From positions 18,850,001 through 18,914,000 of the forward strand of contig CM075989.1 in the NCBI GenBank assembly GCA_038087875.1: a stretch of DNA of 64,000 nucleotides, read 5' to 3'. How positions within the stretch are numbered: the first letter of the stretch is position 1; every line of letters starts with the position of its first letter. The notes below the pieces were generated by a model. The model saw only the letters and a program-made list of their open reading frames with translations, was not told the DNA's origin and did no database searches. The DNA comes from Malacoraja senta (lineage: Eukaryota). Shown in pieces: positions 40,201-50,298 of the stretch. Position numbers and translations under genes: made by a program.

Positions 40201-42180
40201 TTCAATGCTTCAATCAATCAATCAAAAAAAACAATTGCAGTGACCTCAGGACTGACTTGACTACAGAATATACCACGATAAAATGTGTGTGTGATTAAGT
40301 GACTTAAAGAAAAGCGAGCTCCAAACCATAGTTACAAAAGACAGCAAAATAAGGCAGCAAAAATAATCTATTCCTTCAGAGGAAATTAAGAATTACCGGA
40401 GATGTGGTGGGAGCAGAGACCTGTTCTTTTAACGTGGCCAATTCCTTCTTGATCAGTTTCTCCTCATCCTTAAACACAAATACCAACCATTTAGGAATGA
40501 CATTTTGAGTGACAGAACATTACTGAATTCACAATCTGAACAGTGAACCAGAAATTATCCAGAATAGATAAAGCATCAGTAAAACAGTTCCACAAAAGTG
40601 CGTGAAAATAATCTTCATAAGTCCGTAAGTTTTAGGAGCAGAGTTAGGCTTTTCGGCCCATCTACTCTGCCTTTCAATCATGGCTGATCTATCTTTCCCT
40701 TTCAACCCCATTTACCTGTCTTCTCCCCATAACCCCCAACACCCCTACTAATCAAGAATCTGTCAATCTCCGTCTTAAAAATATCAACTGACTTTGCTTT
40801 CACAGCCGTCTGTGACAAAGAAATTCATTCTCATCTTTCTAAAGGCAAGTCCTTTTATTCTGAGGCCGCAGCCTCTGGTCCTAGACTCTCCCACTAATGG
40901 AAACATCTTCACATCCACTCTCTCCAGGCCTTTCACTATTCGGTAAGTTTCAATGACGCGCCCCCTCATCCTTCTGAACTCCAGCGAGTTACAGGCTCCT
41001 TTATTTTTTAACTGTACACAGAAACATGGGATAGGTGGGCAGTTGTGTAAGTTATTCAAATCATCTTAGTCTTAGTGATGCTGAAGGGAAAATAAATCTA
41101 GAAAATTAATTTAAACTATCCTCTGACACAGGACACATTTAAATTTAAAGTGGAGCAAAAATTTCAAAACTACTCTTTATGCAAATAATCAGCAATCGTC
41201 TCACTAGGTAGATGCAAAATATTCAATACCATTGTTAAAGAAGTACAAGAGAGTTTTCCCCAGTGATCTAGCTCGCATTTATTTTTCAACCAAGATCACT
41301 GGAAAAACAAATAAAAGACAGTGCTGCGAATCCTCTCGCAACAAGCAGCGACCCAGGAGAGAGAAACAGAGTCAAAACTTAAAGTTGATGTCTATTTATC
41401 ACAACCTTTATTTAACCTGAAACACGACATAAGGGGAAAGGAGGGTCTGTTTAAGGATAGTGCAGGGGGCGTGAGGGTGAGAGATGGGCAGTGGGTGAGA
41501 ATTGGATGAGGGAGAATGAATGGGAGAAGCAAATATCTTTGGGGAGAAGGGTCAGAGGGAAAGGGGAGGGATTGTCAAATGTGGGTGGGCTTGGTCAGGG
41601 GAAGTTGTGGTGGGGATGGGTTGGTTGTGGAGGGGGCATTTTGGAGGGATTGTACAGAAGAGGATTTGGTGGAGAGTTGGTTGGGTGGAACGATAGTTCT
41701 GGGAAGGGTAGGGGTAGATTGGTCAGGGTTGGAAAAGTGAAGTGAGGGAGGGGAAAGGTCTGCACTCTGCCCCCGTCTAAACACATCCCATCCTTCCCTC
41801 CCTCCCTCCTCTCCCTCTATCCTCCTCTTCCCCTCCATCGCTCAATTCCTCCTTCTTTCTTGGTTTCTTGGTCCTCCAAAATATTCCAAATGGAATTTAA
41901 ACTGGAGGTGGTGGAGGGAGGACTTAAGCCAGAAGGATTTCCATCAATCCTCCCACTTCCCCTCCCTCTCTCCCCCTTCCTCCCCCAATCCTCCTCCCCC
42001 TCCTTTCCCTGCCTCCTCCCAAAGATCCTATAGCATCTTAGCTCCCACCTGTTTGGACGCCAGCTCGGTGAGGCCGCGGATGAAGCCGCCGAGCCGGGAC
42101 GCTGCCGTGATGCCGGCGGCGCCTTCCAGCGACAGGAGGCTGGGCAGCGCCGACAGCGTCTTCTCCATGACGTCGCTCAT
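4983..42180 (-). CDS. AP4E1: AP-4 complex subunit epsilon-1, complete gene (21 coding exons, 3426 nt, 1141 aa)
   Basis: Exons assembled manually give one open frame from MSDVMEKTLSALPSLL to LLYECQKVIRKM*. Recognisable AP4E1 peptides: LIYCEMLGYDASFGYIHAIKLAQQG, RRKAVLALYKF, VPAPWLQIQLLRIL, YAPSNEWFIQTMN, LKLEGVKKVWG. Splice phases are consistent throughout. Confidence 0.97.
6603..6630 (+). ncRNA. Minimal hammerhead ribozyme motif (Penelope-associated)
   Basis: CTGAAGA-A-GGGT[TTCG]GCCC-GAAA-CGTC: conserved core, UUCG-capped stem II, GUC cleavage triplet. Confidence 0.65.
7610..7770 (-). CDS. AP4E1: AP4E1 exon 20 (161 nt)
   Basis: RPLKLSTEEFGNLWLSLSNDVKQN...ELRLHTVAII; AG/GT. Confidence 0.93.
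8845..9436 (+). mobile_element. Rex1/Babar-like LINE 3' end
   Basis: DRKALQRVVRGAEKIIG...[24 protein letters not shown], then 3'UTR, AATAAA and (TTGAA)n tail. Confidence 0.8.
11074..11264 (-). CDS. AP4E1: AP4E1 exon 19 (191 nt)
   Basis: AVESSTFHFETIECHGSVRCQLCLQMVKPCSQVALSGHVSY...LFLTDFI; AG/GT. Confidence 0.9.
12912..13499 (-). CDS. AP4E1: AP4E1 exon 18 (588 nt; hinge and start of ear domain)
   Basis: MGKTPSTAHTFRRKSK...LSSCKVWKEDCLLIILFFTN...EELK; AG/GT. Confidence 0.92.
16013..16328. mobile_element. PIF/Harbinger-like MITE with internal (GT)n/(GTGAGT)n microsatellite
   Basis: 15-bp TIRs AGGGCCAGTCCCACT / AGTGGGACAGGCCCT (14/15 match) flanked by TAA on both sides. Confidence 0.72.
16438..16870 (+). 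repeat. 74-bp tandem repeat, about 6 units, built from a Penelope terminal-repeat segment + (GT)n
   Basis: Unit TTTGTGGACAACCTGTCCATGTTCTCCAGATATGCTGGCTGACCTGCTACATTACTCCAGC(GT)n; identical ORFs recur every 74 nt. Confidence 0.92.
18262..18502 (-). CDS. AP4E1: AP4E1 exon 17 (241 nt)
   Basis: SEGLKLEGVKKVWGTKGYL...QLLASSLFVGLGSNNLVNL; AG/GT. Confidence 0.93.
19324..19459 (-). CDS. AP4E1: AP4E1 exon 16 (136 nt)
   Basis: LNFEPYGLSFPTSPHISSVTGRQSPADLSINSEISYNSTESGLK; AG/GT. Confidence 0.92.
21015..21042 (+). ncRNA. Minimal hammerhead ribozyme motif
   Basis: CTGAAGA-A-GGGT[TTCG]GCCC-GAAA-CGTT (GUU triplet). Confidence 0.55.
22214..22241 (-). ncRNA. Minimal hammerhead ribozyme motif, AP4E1-sense, intron 15
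   Basis: Minus strand CTGAAGA-A-GGGTC[TC]GACCC-GAAA-CGTC. Confidence 0.62.
22411..22525 (-). CDS. AP4E1: AP4E1 exon 15 (115 nt)
   Basis: VDASLSFLDGFVADALGCGVAPYKPHHQRQEEKLAQEK; AG/GT. Confidence 0.95.
24114..24416 (-). CDS. AP4E1: AP4E1 exon 14 (303 nt)
   Basis: VLGEYSYLKTETKPEDVIQKL...LPLNASCDDIV; AG/GT. Confidence 0.95.
24595..24812 (+). mobile_element. LINE 3'UTR-type interspersed repeat (..AAAAGCTTTTCACTGTAC..GACAATAA tail family)
   Basis: Same sequence recurs inverted at about 54689-54845 and as fragments at about 13790-13950, 36790-36845, 38315-38360, 47595-47900. Confidence 0.6.
25826..25944 (-). CDS. AP4E1: AP4E1 exon 13 (119 nt)
   Basis: GFDDEVEDKQLRLYAVNSYLALLEKPKAQYPQKFLQVMSW; AG/GT. 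Confidence 0.95.
27514..27626 (-). CDS. AP4E1: AP4E1 exon 12 (113 nt)
   Basis: YAPSNEWFIQTMNTVFSVGGDMIQPEIPNNFLRLLAE; AC acceptor, GT donor. Confidence 0.93.
27627..29481 (-). other. U12-type (minor spliceosome) AT-AC intron 11 of AP4E1
   Basis: 5' end ATATCCTTT; branch-like CACCTTGAC with A at 27639, about 13 nt from the terminal AC. Joining restores AE-Q-YAPSNEW in frame. Confidence 0.92.
29482..29621 (-). CDS. AP4E1: AP4E1 exon 11 (140 nt)
   Basis: TLELLYRITNAQNVAVIVQKLLDYLRQSKDEYITINLVGKIAELAE; followed by U12-type donor ATATCCTTT. Confidence 0.93.
30202..30311 (-). CDS. AP4E1: AP4E1 exon 10 (110 nt)
   Basis: GLKALTYVIRQDLNLVLQHQLTIIECLDHSDPIIKRE; 91-nt upstream intron. Confidence 0.95.
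30403..30525 (-). CDS. AP4E1: AP4E1 exon 9 (123 nt)
   Basis: ILFECIQTIYTIHPKSELLEKAAKCTGKFILSPKNNLKYL; AG/GT. Confidence 0.95.
30748..31300 (-). mobile_element. Penelope-like element 3' end
   Basis: Minus strand HIPLG*L*PNGMNIQFSNFR (degenerate IFRLGSLQPxGMNIxFSNFR), purine/pyrimidine spacer, decayed hammerhead motif. Confidence 0.7.
32124..32197 (-). CDS. AP4E1: AP4E1 exon 8 (74 nt)
   Basis: TSELMYDVLDESLRRADLNHNITY; AG/GT. Confidence 0.95.
34579..34745 (-). CDS. AP4E1: AP4E1 exon 7 (167 nt)
   Basis: ENPDGHKDLTGSFVTILKQVVGGKLAVDFNYHSVPAPWLQIQLLRILRLLGKDDP; AG/GT. Confidence 0.95.
35851..36010 (-). CDS. AP4E1: AP4E1 exon 6 (160 nt)
   Basis: EIIRRKAVLALYKFYLIAPNQVQHIHDKFKKALCDKDPGVMAASLHIYLLLIK; AG/GT. 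Confidence 0.95.
37034..37155 (-). CDS. AP4E1: AP4E1 exon 5 (122 nt)
   Basis: DLQSTNLLEVCMALTVGSQLFPLDMIPAVLPLVEEKLQHSK; AG/GT. Confidence 0.95.
37800..38205 (-). mobile_element. CR1 LINE 3' fragment
   Basis: LEFRRMRGNLIETYK...[12 protein letters not shown]; 3'UTR with ggccgaatggcctactcc stem; similar fragments at about 12415-12750, 26210-26550, 34155-34480, 40615-40990, 45765-46000. Confidence 0.85.
38785..38858 (-). CDS. AP4E1: AP4E1 exon 4 (74 nt)
   Basis: GYLAVSLFLNEGHELLLLLVNTVLK; AG/GT. Confidence 0.95.
39665..39788 (-). CDS. AP4E1: AP4E1 exon 3 (124 nt)
   Basis: KQMWECLVRLIYCEMLGYDASFGYIHAIKLAQQGSLMEKRV; AG/GT. Confidence 0.95.
40397..40468 (-). CDS. AP4E1: AP4E1 exon 2 (72 nt)
   Basis: AG/GT flanks; DEEKLIKKELATLKEQVSAPTTSP. 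Confidence 0.93.
42049..42180 (-). CDS. AP4E1: AP4E1 exon 1 (132 nt)
   Basis: gccacgATG Kozak context; MSDVMEKTLSALPSLLSLEGAAGITAASRLGGFIRGLTELASKQ; donor GTGGGA. Confidence 0.93.
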
Positions 42181-42820
42181 CGTGGCGAGGCCTGGGCCTC
42201 GGCCTCGTCCCTGTAACTGCTCCTCCAGCCCCTCTCCCTCACCCTCACCCTCACCGCCGCTCCGCCCTGGGTCGCGCCATCTTGTTGTTGCCGCCGCCGC
42301 TGCTTTCGATCCAAAACTTTATTAACATCGCAGCGCTGCACCATCCCAGCCGCCAGGGGGCGCCGTGGCCAGAGGCTGCCCTGCACCATCCTGGCCGCCA
42401 GGGGGCGCGGCGACCAGGAAGGTGCAGGGCAGCCTCTGGCCACGGCAGCCCCCTATTAACATCGCAGCGCTGCACCATCCCAGCCGCCAGGGGGCGCCGT
42501 GGTCAGAGGCTGCCCTGCACCATCCCAGCCGATAGGGGGCGCCGTGGCCAGAGGCTGCCCTGCACCATCCTGGCCGCCAGGGGGCGCGCCGACCAGGATG
42601 GTGCAGGGCAGCCTCTGGCCACGGCAGCCCCCTATTGACATCGCAGCGCTGCACCATCCCAGCCGCCAGGGGGCGCCGTGGCCAGAGGCAGCGCTGCACC
42701 ATCCCAGCCGCTAGGGGGGCGCCGTGGCCAGAGGCAGCGCTACACCATCCCGGCCGCCAGGAGGCGCTGGGAACAGAGTGTGCTTTGCACCATTTCGGCC
42801 GCCGGGGGGCGCGGTGGGCT
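42050..42820. promoter_or_regulatory. CpG island / AP4E1 promoter region
   Basis: Very GC- and CpG-rich stretch over exon 1 and upstream; YY1-type AAGATGGCG on the minus strand at about 42275-42283. Confidence 0.8.
42322..42812 (+). repeat. GC-rich 45-bp-period minisatellite containing nine CTCF-consensus motifs and two inverted units
   Basis: CCGCCAGGGGGCGC at 42350, 42395, 42484, 42574, 42663; variants at 42529, 42708, 42754, 42799. Confidence 0.85.
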
Positions 42821-43659
42821 GGTCTTAGTTTCGTTCAGAGATACGACGCTGAAACAGGCCCTTCGGCCCACCGAGTCCGCACTGACCAGCGATCCCCGCA
42901 CACTAACACTATCCTACACACACACACACACACTAGGGACATGTTTTTACAATTATACCAAGCCAATTAACCTACAAACCTCTACGTCTTTGGAATGTGG
43001 GAGGAAACCCGAGCACCCGGAGAAAACCCACGCAGTTCACGGGGAGGTAGACAAAAGTGCTGGAGAAACTCAGCGGGTGCAGCAGCATCTATGGAGCGAA
43101 GGAGATAGGCAACGTTTCGGGCTAAAACCCTTCGTCAAACTCCCCACAGACAGCACCCGTAGTCAGGATCGAACCCGGGTCTCTGGCACTGTAAGGCAGC
43201 AACTCTACCGCTGTACCACCATGCCGCCCGGTCTTCATTAAACTAATCTCCTCTACCTGATGTGACCCATGCCCCTCCATTCCCTGCATATTATCCACAT
43301 GCTTATCTAAAAGCCTCTTAAACGCCACTATCACAGCTGCCTTCACCACCACCCCTTCCAGCAGGTTCCAGGCTCTCTGTAAAAAACCTGCCCCGCACAT
43401 CTCCATTGTGGTAGACATTTCCATCCTAGGAAAATTGTTTCTGGCTGACTATCGTATTTATGCCTCTCATAACTTTATATAATCCTATCAGAACTTCCCT
43501 CGACATATGGTGTTCCAGAGAAAACATTCCAAGTTTGCTCAATCCAAGCCAGCACTTTGTGTCTTATTCTGTAAACCAGCATCTACAGTTCCTTGTTTCT
43601 ACATGTCAGTCCAACCTTCCCATGTACCCAGTATATCCCAGTACTCACCAAAGCCTCCT

Positions 43660-44056
43660 TCCTCACCTCCATCCAGAGATACCAGCATCCTTTCCAGGTG
43701 AGACAGATGTTCACGTACACCTCTTCCAACCTCATTCAGTGCTCCTGATGTGGCCTCCTTTACATCGGCGAGACCAAGCACAGATTCGGCAACCGTTTCG
43801 CCAAACACGCTTGGCGAAACGGTTGCGCTTGGCCCATCAAGGTCTGCTGGATCTCCTAGTTGCTAACTATTTTAAGTCTCTTTCCCATTTCCATGCCAAC
43901 CTTGGATGGAAGGAATGGGTGATTTTTGAGGCTGAAGAAGGGTCTCGACCCGAGATGTCACCCATTCCTTCTATCCAGAGATGCTGCCTGTCCCGCTGAG
44001 TTACTCCAGCATTTTGTATCTATCTTTGGTGTAAACCAGCATCTGCAGTTCCTTCC
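43660..44056 (+). mobile_element. Penelope-like GIY-YIG endonuclease relic with downstream terminal repeat
   Basis: Degenerate FQVRQMFTYTSSNLI..CS*CGLLYIGETKHRFGNRFAKH. Confidence 0.72.
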
Positions 44057-47000
44057 TAAACATCCCTGTCAACATTTCTGTCCTGGGCTTCCAGACTATG
44101 TTAGCTACTTTTCCGAGGCAGCGAGATGTGTAGTTGGAGTCACTGGTGGTGAGTCTGGTCTGTGATGGACTGGGCAACACCTGCAACTCTAAGATTCTTG
44201 TGTTCTTTGGCAGACCTTGATATTCAATAGCATTACCAGGGCACAAAATGTTACTGGCCATCTGTCCATTTGATGAGGATTCATGTTATCTGTCCATTTG
44301 ATGAGGATTGTGAATTTAAATTAAACACGTTGGAAAGACCTCAGCAAAGATTTCCACTTCTGACCATATGATGGAAGGATATTCATTGATGAAGCGGCTG
44401 TAGATGGTGGTGTAGATGTCGGTGCCTCGGACACCAGCCTGAGGATCTCCTGATCTGAGGCTGAGATGACCGACTCCAACAACTACCACTATCTATCTTT
44501 GTATGAGGTATGGCTCCATCAACAGGACAGCTTGTTTAGTTTAGCTTAATTTATAGATACAGGGCGGAAACAGGCCCTTCGGCCCACTGCGGCCACACCA
44601 ACCAATGATCACCTATACATTAGTTCTACCCGACACACAAGGGCCAATTTACAGAAGCCAATTAACCTACAAATTTGAACTTTGGAATGTGGGAGCAAAC
44701 CGGAGAATCCGGAGAAAACCCATGCGGTCCCAAGGAGAACATATAAACTCCTTACCTGTAGTCAGGATCGAACCTGGGTCTCTGGTGATGTAAGGTAGCA
44801 ACTCTACCGCTGCGCCCCTGTGACATACTGATTCCCTCGTTATTTGTTGGGTATTTTAAGTCATTTAGCTCAACCTGATGTTCAAGGCACCTTATGCCAT
44901 CAAGTCATAGTCATCCAACATGAAAACAGGGCCTTCAGCCCAACTTATCCATAACGAGCAAGATACCCTCTCTGTCTACACTAGTCCCATTTGCATGTGT
45001 TTGGCCATATTCATCTAAACATTTCCTATTCATGTACCTGTATTTTAAATGTTGTTATCGTACCTGCCTCAACTACTTCCTCTAGCAGCTCATTCCATAT
45101 ACCCACCACCCTCTGTGTAAAAAAAGTTGCACCTCAGGTTCCTATTAAGTTGCCCCTCAGGTTCCTATGTGTGCATCAGTATGACAGGTGATGAGGGAAT
45201 ATCAACATTAAGGTGGTGTGTGACTTGGAATGGGTGTGGGTCGAGTTGGTATGTCCCATTTGCGTGATGCTTACAAAAACTATTTGTTTTTCTCTTTTCC
45301 CTCTTTCTCTTTCTTCTTCTTTTCTAGGGTCTATTTCTTAACTCTTTTTCTTTTGTTTTTAATTTTGTTCTTATAGGGTCTTCGTTATTTCTTGTTGTCA
45401 CGTTTTCTACACTTTCACCTTTTCCTTCACTTTCTTCTTTCTCTCAATCTCATCCTTTCCCTTTACTAGTGTAAAAAACAAACGGAGTACATTAATTGTA
45501 AGAAGATATATGTGACGAGTACTAATGTATGTGGTTGTAATGTAATGTACTTCTAATAAATAAAAAATAAAATAAAATAAAAATAAAAATAAAAAGGAAT
45601 GGGTGTGGGTCACTGGTATTCTGAAAGCTTCATACATTGACTCAAGAATCAGGTCATTTCCATAGCCTTTTTAAATTTCAGCAGACCATCTATGTTCCAG
45701 CTTCTTGCTTTACAATCTCTATTGAAGTCAACAAGACGCACTGGGGAACCTTCATGACATAAGTCAATAGACATTAGTGCAGTAGGCCATTCGGCCCTTC
45801 GAGCCAGCACCGCCATTCAATGTGATCATGGCTGATCATCCACAATCAGTACCTCGTTCCTGCCTTCTCCCCATATCCCCTGACTCCGCTATTTTTAAGA
45901 GCCCTATCTAGCTCTCTCTTGAAAGTATCCAGAGAACCGGCCACCACCGCCCTCTGAGGCAGAGAATTCCACAGACTCACAACTCTCTGTGTGAAAAAAA
46001 AAAAGTCCAAACACCACTTCTCTCCTCAATCTGGGCATTAGGTTCAGACAGAGTTTGAGGACATGTCGCAGTTGAGTTAGATCTGTTAGTGGATTGACGT
46101 CTCAAGTATAGGTCTTTGAACAGTCTTTGTCCTGGGGTTTTAAAAGACATTCGGATGGATACATGGATGGGAACGGTTTGGAAGAATTGCAAATGAGACC
46201 AGCTTAAATGGTGCACCTTGCTTGGCTTTGTCCAGTTAAGCTGAATATTCATACCACTGGGTTGTAAGCTGCCCAAGTGAAATATGAGGTGCTGTTCCTC
46301 CAATTTGCAAGTGGCCTGACCCTCATTCTAAAGAAGGGTCTCGAACCAAAACGTCACCTTTTCCTTTTCTCCAGAGATGCTGCCTGACCCGCTGAGTTTC
46401 TCCAGCAATTTGTGTCTATCTTTGGTGTAAACCAGCATCCGCAGTTCCTTCCTACACAGTTAAGCCATGGAGCCTGTTTCCATGCTATATGACTCTATGA
46501 CTCCATTAAAGTGGAAATACAGACAATTATAATTTCCTTAACTGAACGATACAAGCTGTGGTTGAAATGTTTGCAGCAATAATATTTTACTTCTTATAAT
46601 AATACTTAAAGAGTGGGCGGATTCCATCTTCAATAATATTTCAACCTGTGAGATATGTTATATATGAGTTCCAAATTCCTTATCACTATTTTAATTGAAA
46701 AAATATATATATTTTCTTATCTCTATTTCCAACTTGAGCTTCTCTTAGCCCGAGTCATTGGAAATTGGTTTAAAACCTCTTATTATCTTCATGTGTTTGT
46801 CTGCATCATAACCAATGGCTCTGACATTCACACTACAGAGGAAAGCACTCTGGATGATTTCATCTGGTACATAGAGTTCTCAAAATGTTCTGCTTTGGTG
46901 TATAATCAATAGATCCATATAAACTTTGTGACAGATTGCATTGGACTATAAGTATGATTCAATTTCCAATGGACGTCTGAAACATGTATTTATTCCTTCC

Positions 47001-48162
47001 TTCAGCTTATGAAAGTTTTGTCGCATAGTTATAATTTTAGTTTTTAGAGCACCCATTATGTTGCTTTCCTTACGAAAATAAAGTGCCGTATTTTGAAGCA
47101 ATTATTGAGTGTGTTTTTTTTGTTCAGAATACTTTTTAAAAAGTAAGTGTTTCCATGGTAAAATACCATTTATTGCGTTGAATGTGTTGATGACATTTCT
47201 GCCAATCTACTGAGTCAAAGTAAAGCAAACTGATATATAGATGCCAAATCTACAAATGCTGACTGATTCTAACCACGTTATATCCTCGATCTCACTGTCC
47301 CACACAACAACTTTTTGCTTTATATCAGTTCCTTCTTTTGTATCAGTCCCTTTTTGCTTTAAATCAGTCCATTTAATCGGTTCTACCCTTGTCACACATC
47401 CAGCCCATCTAACAACCGTCTAACAAGGCTTTCCCATGTTATTCTCTGCCCTGGGTCTCTTCCCTAACTCTATATTTTCTTTAAAGGTGACTATCACTAA
47501 TCGCAACCTCCCCTGATATTCTGAAACATTAACTCTCTTTCCTTCTTCACAGATGCTGCCTGACCAACTGCGTGTTTCCTGGTTCTATTTCATATTGTAC
47601 TTGAGTTTGAACTATTTGTATCTACTGTATATCTGATCTATTTGGATAGCATTTAAAACAAAGCTTTTGCCGCAGAATGCTGTGGATGCCAAGGGATATT
47701 TTTATGGTATAGGTAGATAGATTCTTTATTTGTATGGGTGTCAGGGGTTGTGGGGAGTAGGCAGGAGAATTGGGTTGAGGGGGAGAGTTAGATCAGCCAT
47801 GATTGAATGGCGGAGTAGACTTGATGGGCTGAATGGCCTAATTCTGCTCCTATCACTTATGAACATTTCACTGTACCTCAGTACACATGACAATATTAAA
47901 CCTAACCCTATATTTGTAGTAGTATTTCGATTTTCAGCAAACATCACACGTGACTTTAAAATAAACATTTTTTGAACTGAAGCCAAATAAACACTATTGT
48001 GAGCACACAGTCTAATATGTATATGACAACAGTTTTCCAATGAAACCCATAATGAGGAATGTCACCGTGTTTTGATTCCAGTATGAAGAACTTGCCTTCA
48101 GTGGAATCATGTCAGCCCTGTTTTTTATCCATTTATTATGCTACGCCTTTCCCAAAGTCAAC

Positions 48163-49140
48163 ACCTTCACGTTCCTGGGCGTGCATATCTGTGAAGATCT
48201 ATCCTGGGCCCAGCACATCGATGCAATCATGAAGAAAGTTATCAACGCCTTTATTTCCTTGGAAGACTAAAAGGAGATGTGGTAGGTTGTCAAATACACT
48301 CTTGAATGTCTACAGTGGAGAGCATACTGACTGGTTGCAGCACAGCCTGATTCAGCAACTCCAACGCCCATATATGTAGTAGACTACAGAGAGCGGTAGA
48401 CACTGCCTGGTTCATCACTGGGATCTACAGGAAGCGCTGCCTCAAAAAGGCAGGTAATATCATCAAAGACCCTATTTCATTTCACTACCACTATCGGGAA
48501 GAAGGTACTGGAGCCTGAAAACTGTGACCACCAGATTCAGGAACAGCTTCTTCCCTGCAACCATCAGGCTCTTAAACACTGCACAACAGTGTGGCACAGT
48601 GGCGTATTGGTAGAGCAACTGCCTATTGCAGCGCCAGAGACCCGGGTTCAATCCTGACTACGGGTGCTCTCTGTACAGAGTTTGTACGTTCTCCCCGTGA
48701 CCTGCGTGGGTTTTCTCTGAAATCTTCGGTTTCCTCCCTCACTCCAAAAACGAACATGTTTTTAGGTTAATTGGCTTGGTGTAAATGTAAAAATGTATCC
48801 CCAGTGTGAGTAGGGTAGTGTTAATGTGCGGGGATGACTGGTCGATGCGGACTTGGTGGGCCGAAGGGCCTCTCTCCGCACTGTATCTCTAAACTAAACT
48901 AAACTAAACATTAACTGTATCAACTAAGATCTTCTATAGACTGTGCCTTTGATTGCACAACAGATTGGTTTTGCATAACCATGGCTACCTCGTGGCACGG
49001 TCATTAATTTATTGTATTAATGATTATTATATATTTCCATCTGTGTGTTATTTGCGTCACAGACCTGATAAGCTGCAGCAAATACGTATCTCATTGTTTC
49101 AGTGCCCGTACATATGACAATTAAATACTCTTCACTCTTG
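48163..49140 (+). mobile_element. Older Rex1/Babar-like fragment interrupted by a SINE (about 48592-48909)
   Basis: Degenerate FTFLGVHI..DLSW..HI, RLYFL, LPSGRRY..LKT.TTRFRNSFFP motifs. Confidence 0.7.
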
Positions 49141-49736
49141 ACAGATGCCTAACAAGAGCTTCTTCGCAGCTCAGGGCATCAATCATCAAATGTATTAAGC
49201 ATTCAATGTTTGACGGCTCGCTGTCGGGAGAGTGTTTGCTGATGTGATTTGTTACACACGGGGTCTTTTGTCCAGCATTCAATGTGTTTGCAACGTGGAA
49301 CTATAATGTGAGGTGCCGAGCGCAGGCAGTCAATGAAATGGAAACTCGTTTACACACAGCCCACAGCCAACAAATGGACCGAATATCCTTCATCACCGTT
49401 ACTTTCATGCATGTCTTGCATTCATTTGTTCCATATCTCCGTACCACATCTAAATCTCTCGTTTCCCGTTCCCCTGATATCAGTCTGAAGAAGGGTCTCG
49501 ACCTGAAACGTCGCCTATTCCTTTTCTCCAGAGATGCTGCCTGACCCGTTGATTGTTTCCGTTATCATCGTTACTTTTTTGCATATCTTTCATTCATTGT
49601 TCTTTATCTCTCCACATCACCGTCTATGTCTCTCGCTTCCCTCATCCCTAACCTGTCTGAAGAAGGGTCTCGACCCAAAACGTCACCCATTTCTTTTCTC
49701 CAGAGATGCTGTCGAGTTACTCCAGCTTTTTTTGAC

Positions 49737-50170
49737 TCGCTTGTACTGGCTAGAATTTAGAAGATTGAGGGGGGATCTTATAGAACTTACACAATTCTTA
49801 AGGGTTTTGTAAGGCATTCTTAAGGCTAGATGCAGGAAGATTGTTCCCGATGTTGGGGAAGTCCAGAACAAGGGGTCACAGTTTAAGAAAAAGGGGGAAG
49901 TCTTTTAGGACCGAGATGAGAAAAAAAAATTCACACAGAGAGTGGTGAATCTGTGGAACTCTCTGCCACAGAAAGTAGTTGAGGCCAGTTCATTGGCTAT
50001 ATTTAAGAGGGAGTTAGATGTGGCCCTTGTGGCTAAAGGGATCAGGGGGTATGGAGAGAGGGCAGGTACAGGATACTGAGTTGGATGATCAGCCATGATC
50101 ATATTGAATGGCGGTGCAGGCTCGAAGGGCCGAATGGCCTACTCCTGCACCTATTTTCTATGATTCTATG
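49737..50170 (+). mobile_element. CR1 LINE 3' fragment (near-identical to the 3' end of the 52077-54064 copy)
   Basis: [16 protein letters not shown] coding end, CR1 3'UTR and TTCTATG tail. Confidence 0.88.
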
Positions 50171-50298
50171 TTTTTTGTGTCTATCTTCGGTTTGAACCAG
50201 CATCTGCTGTTCCTTCCACACAGATGAAAACGCCTGATGTATTTCTATCGCCCAGCTGAGCTGAGGGTTTGTGTGTGTGTGTGTGTGTGTGTGTGGAG

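Noticed and set aside
41430..42020. Strongly purine/pyrimidine-skewed G-run region in AP4E1 intron 1
   Set aside because: G4/R-loop-prone skew is common near CpG-island first introns, and I found no discrete repeat unit or specific structure.
42336..42350. CTCF upstream (U) motif in the array units (TGCA...)
   Set aside because: Spacing to the core is shorter than I recall for the canonical arrangement, so it is not claimed.
42177..43241. Multiple overlapping ORFs of 60-187 aa upstream of AP4E1
   Set aside because: By-products of the GC-rich minisatellite and the adjacent SINE/Penelope repeat; the translations are repetitive and have no recognisable domain.
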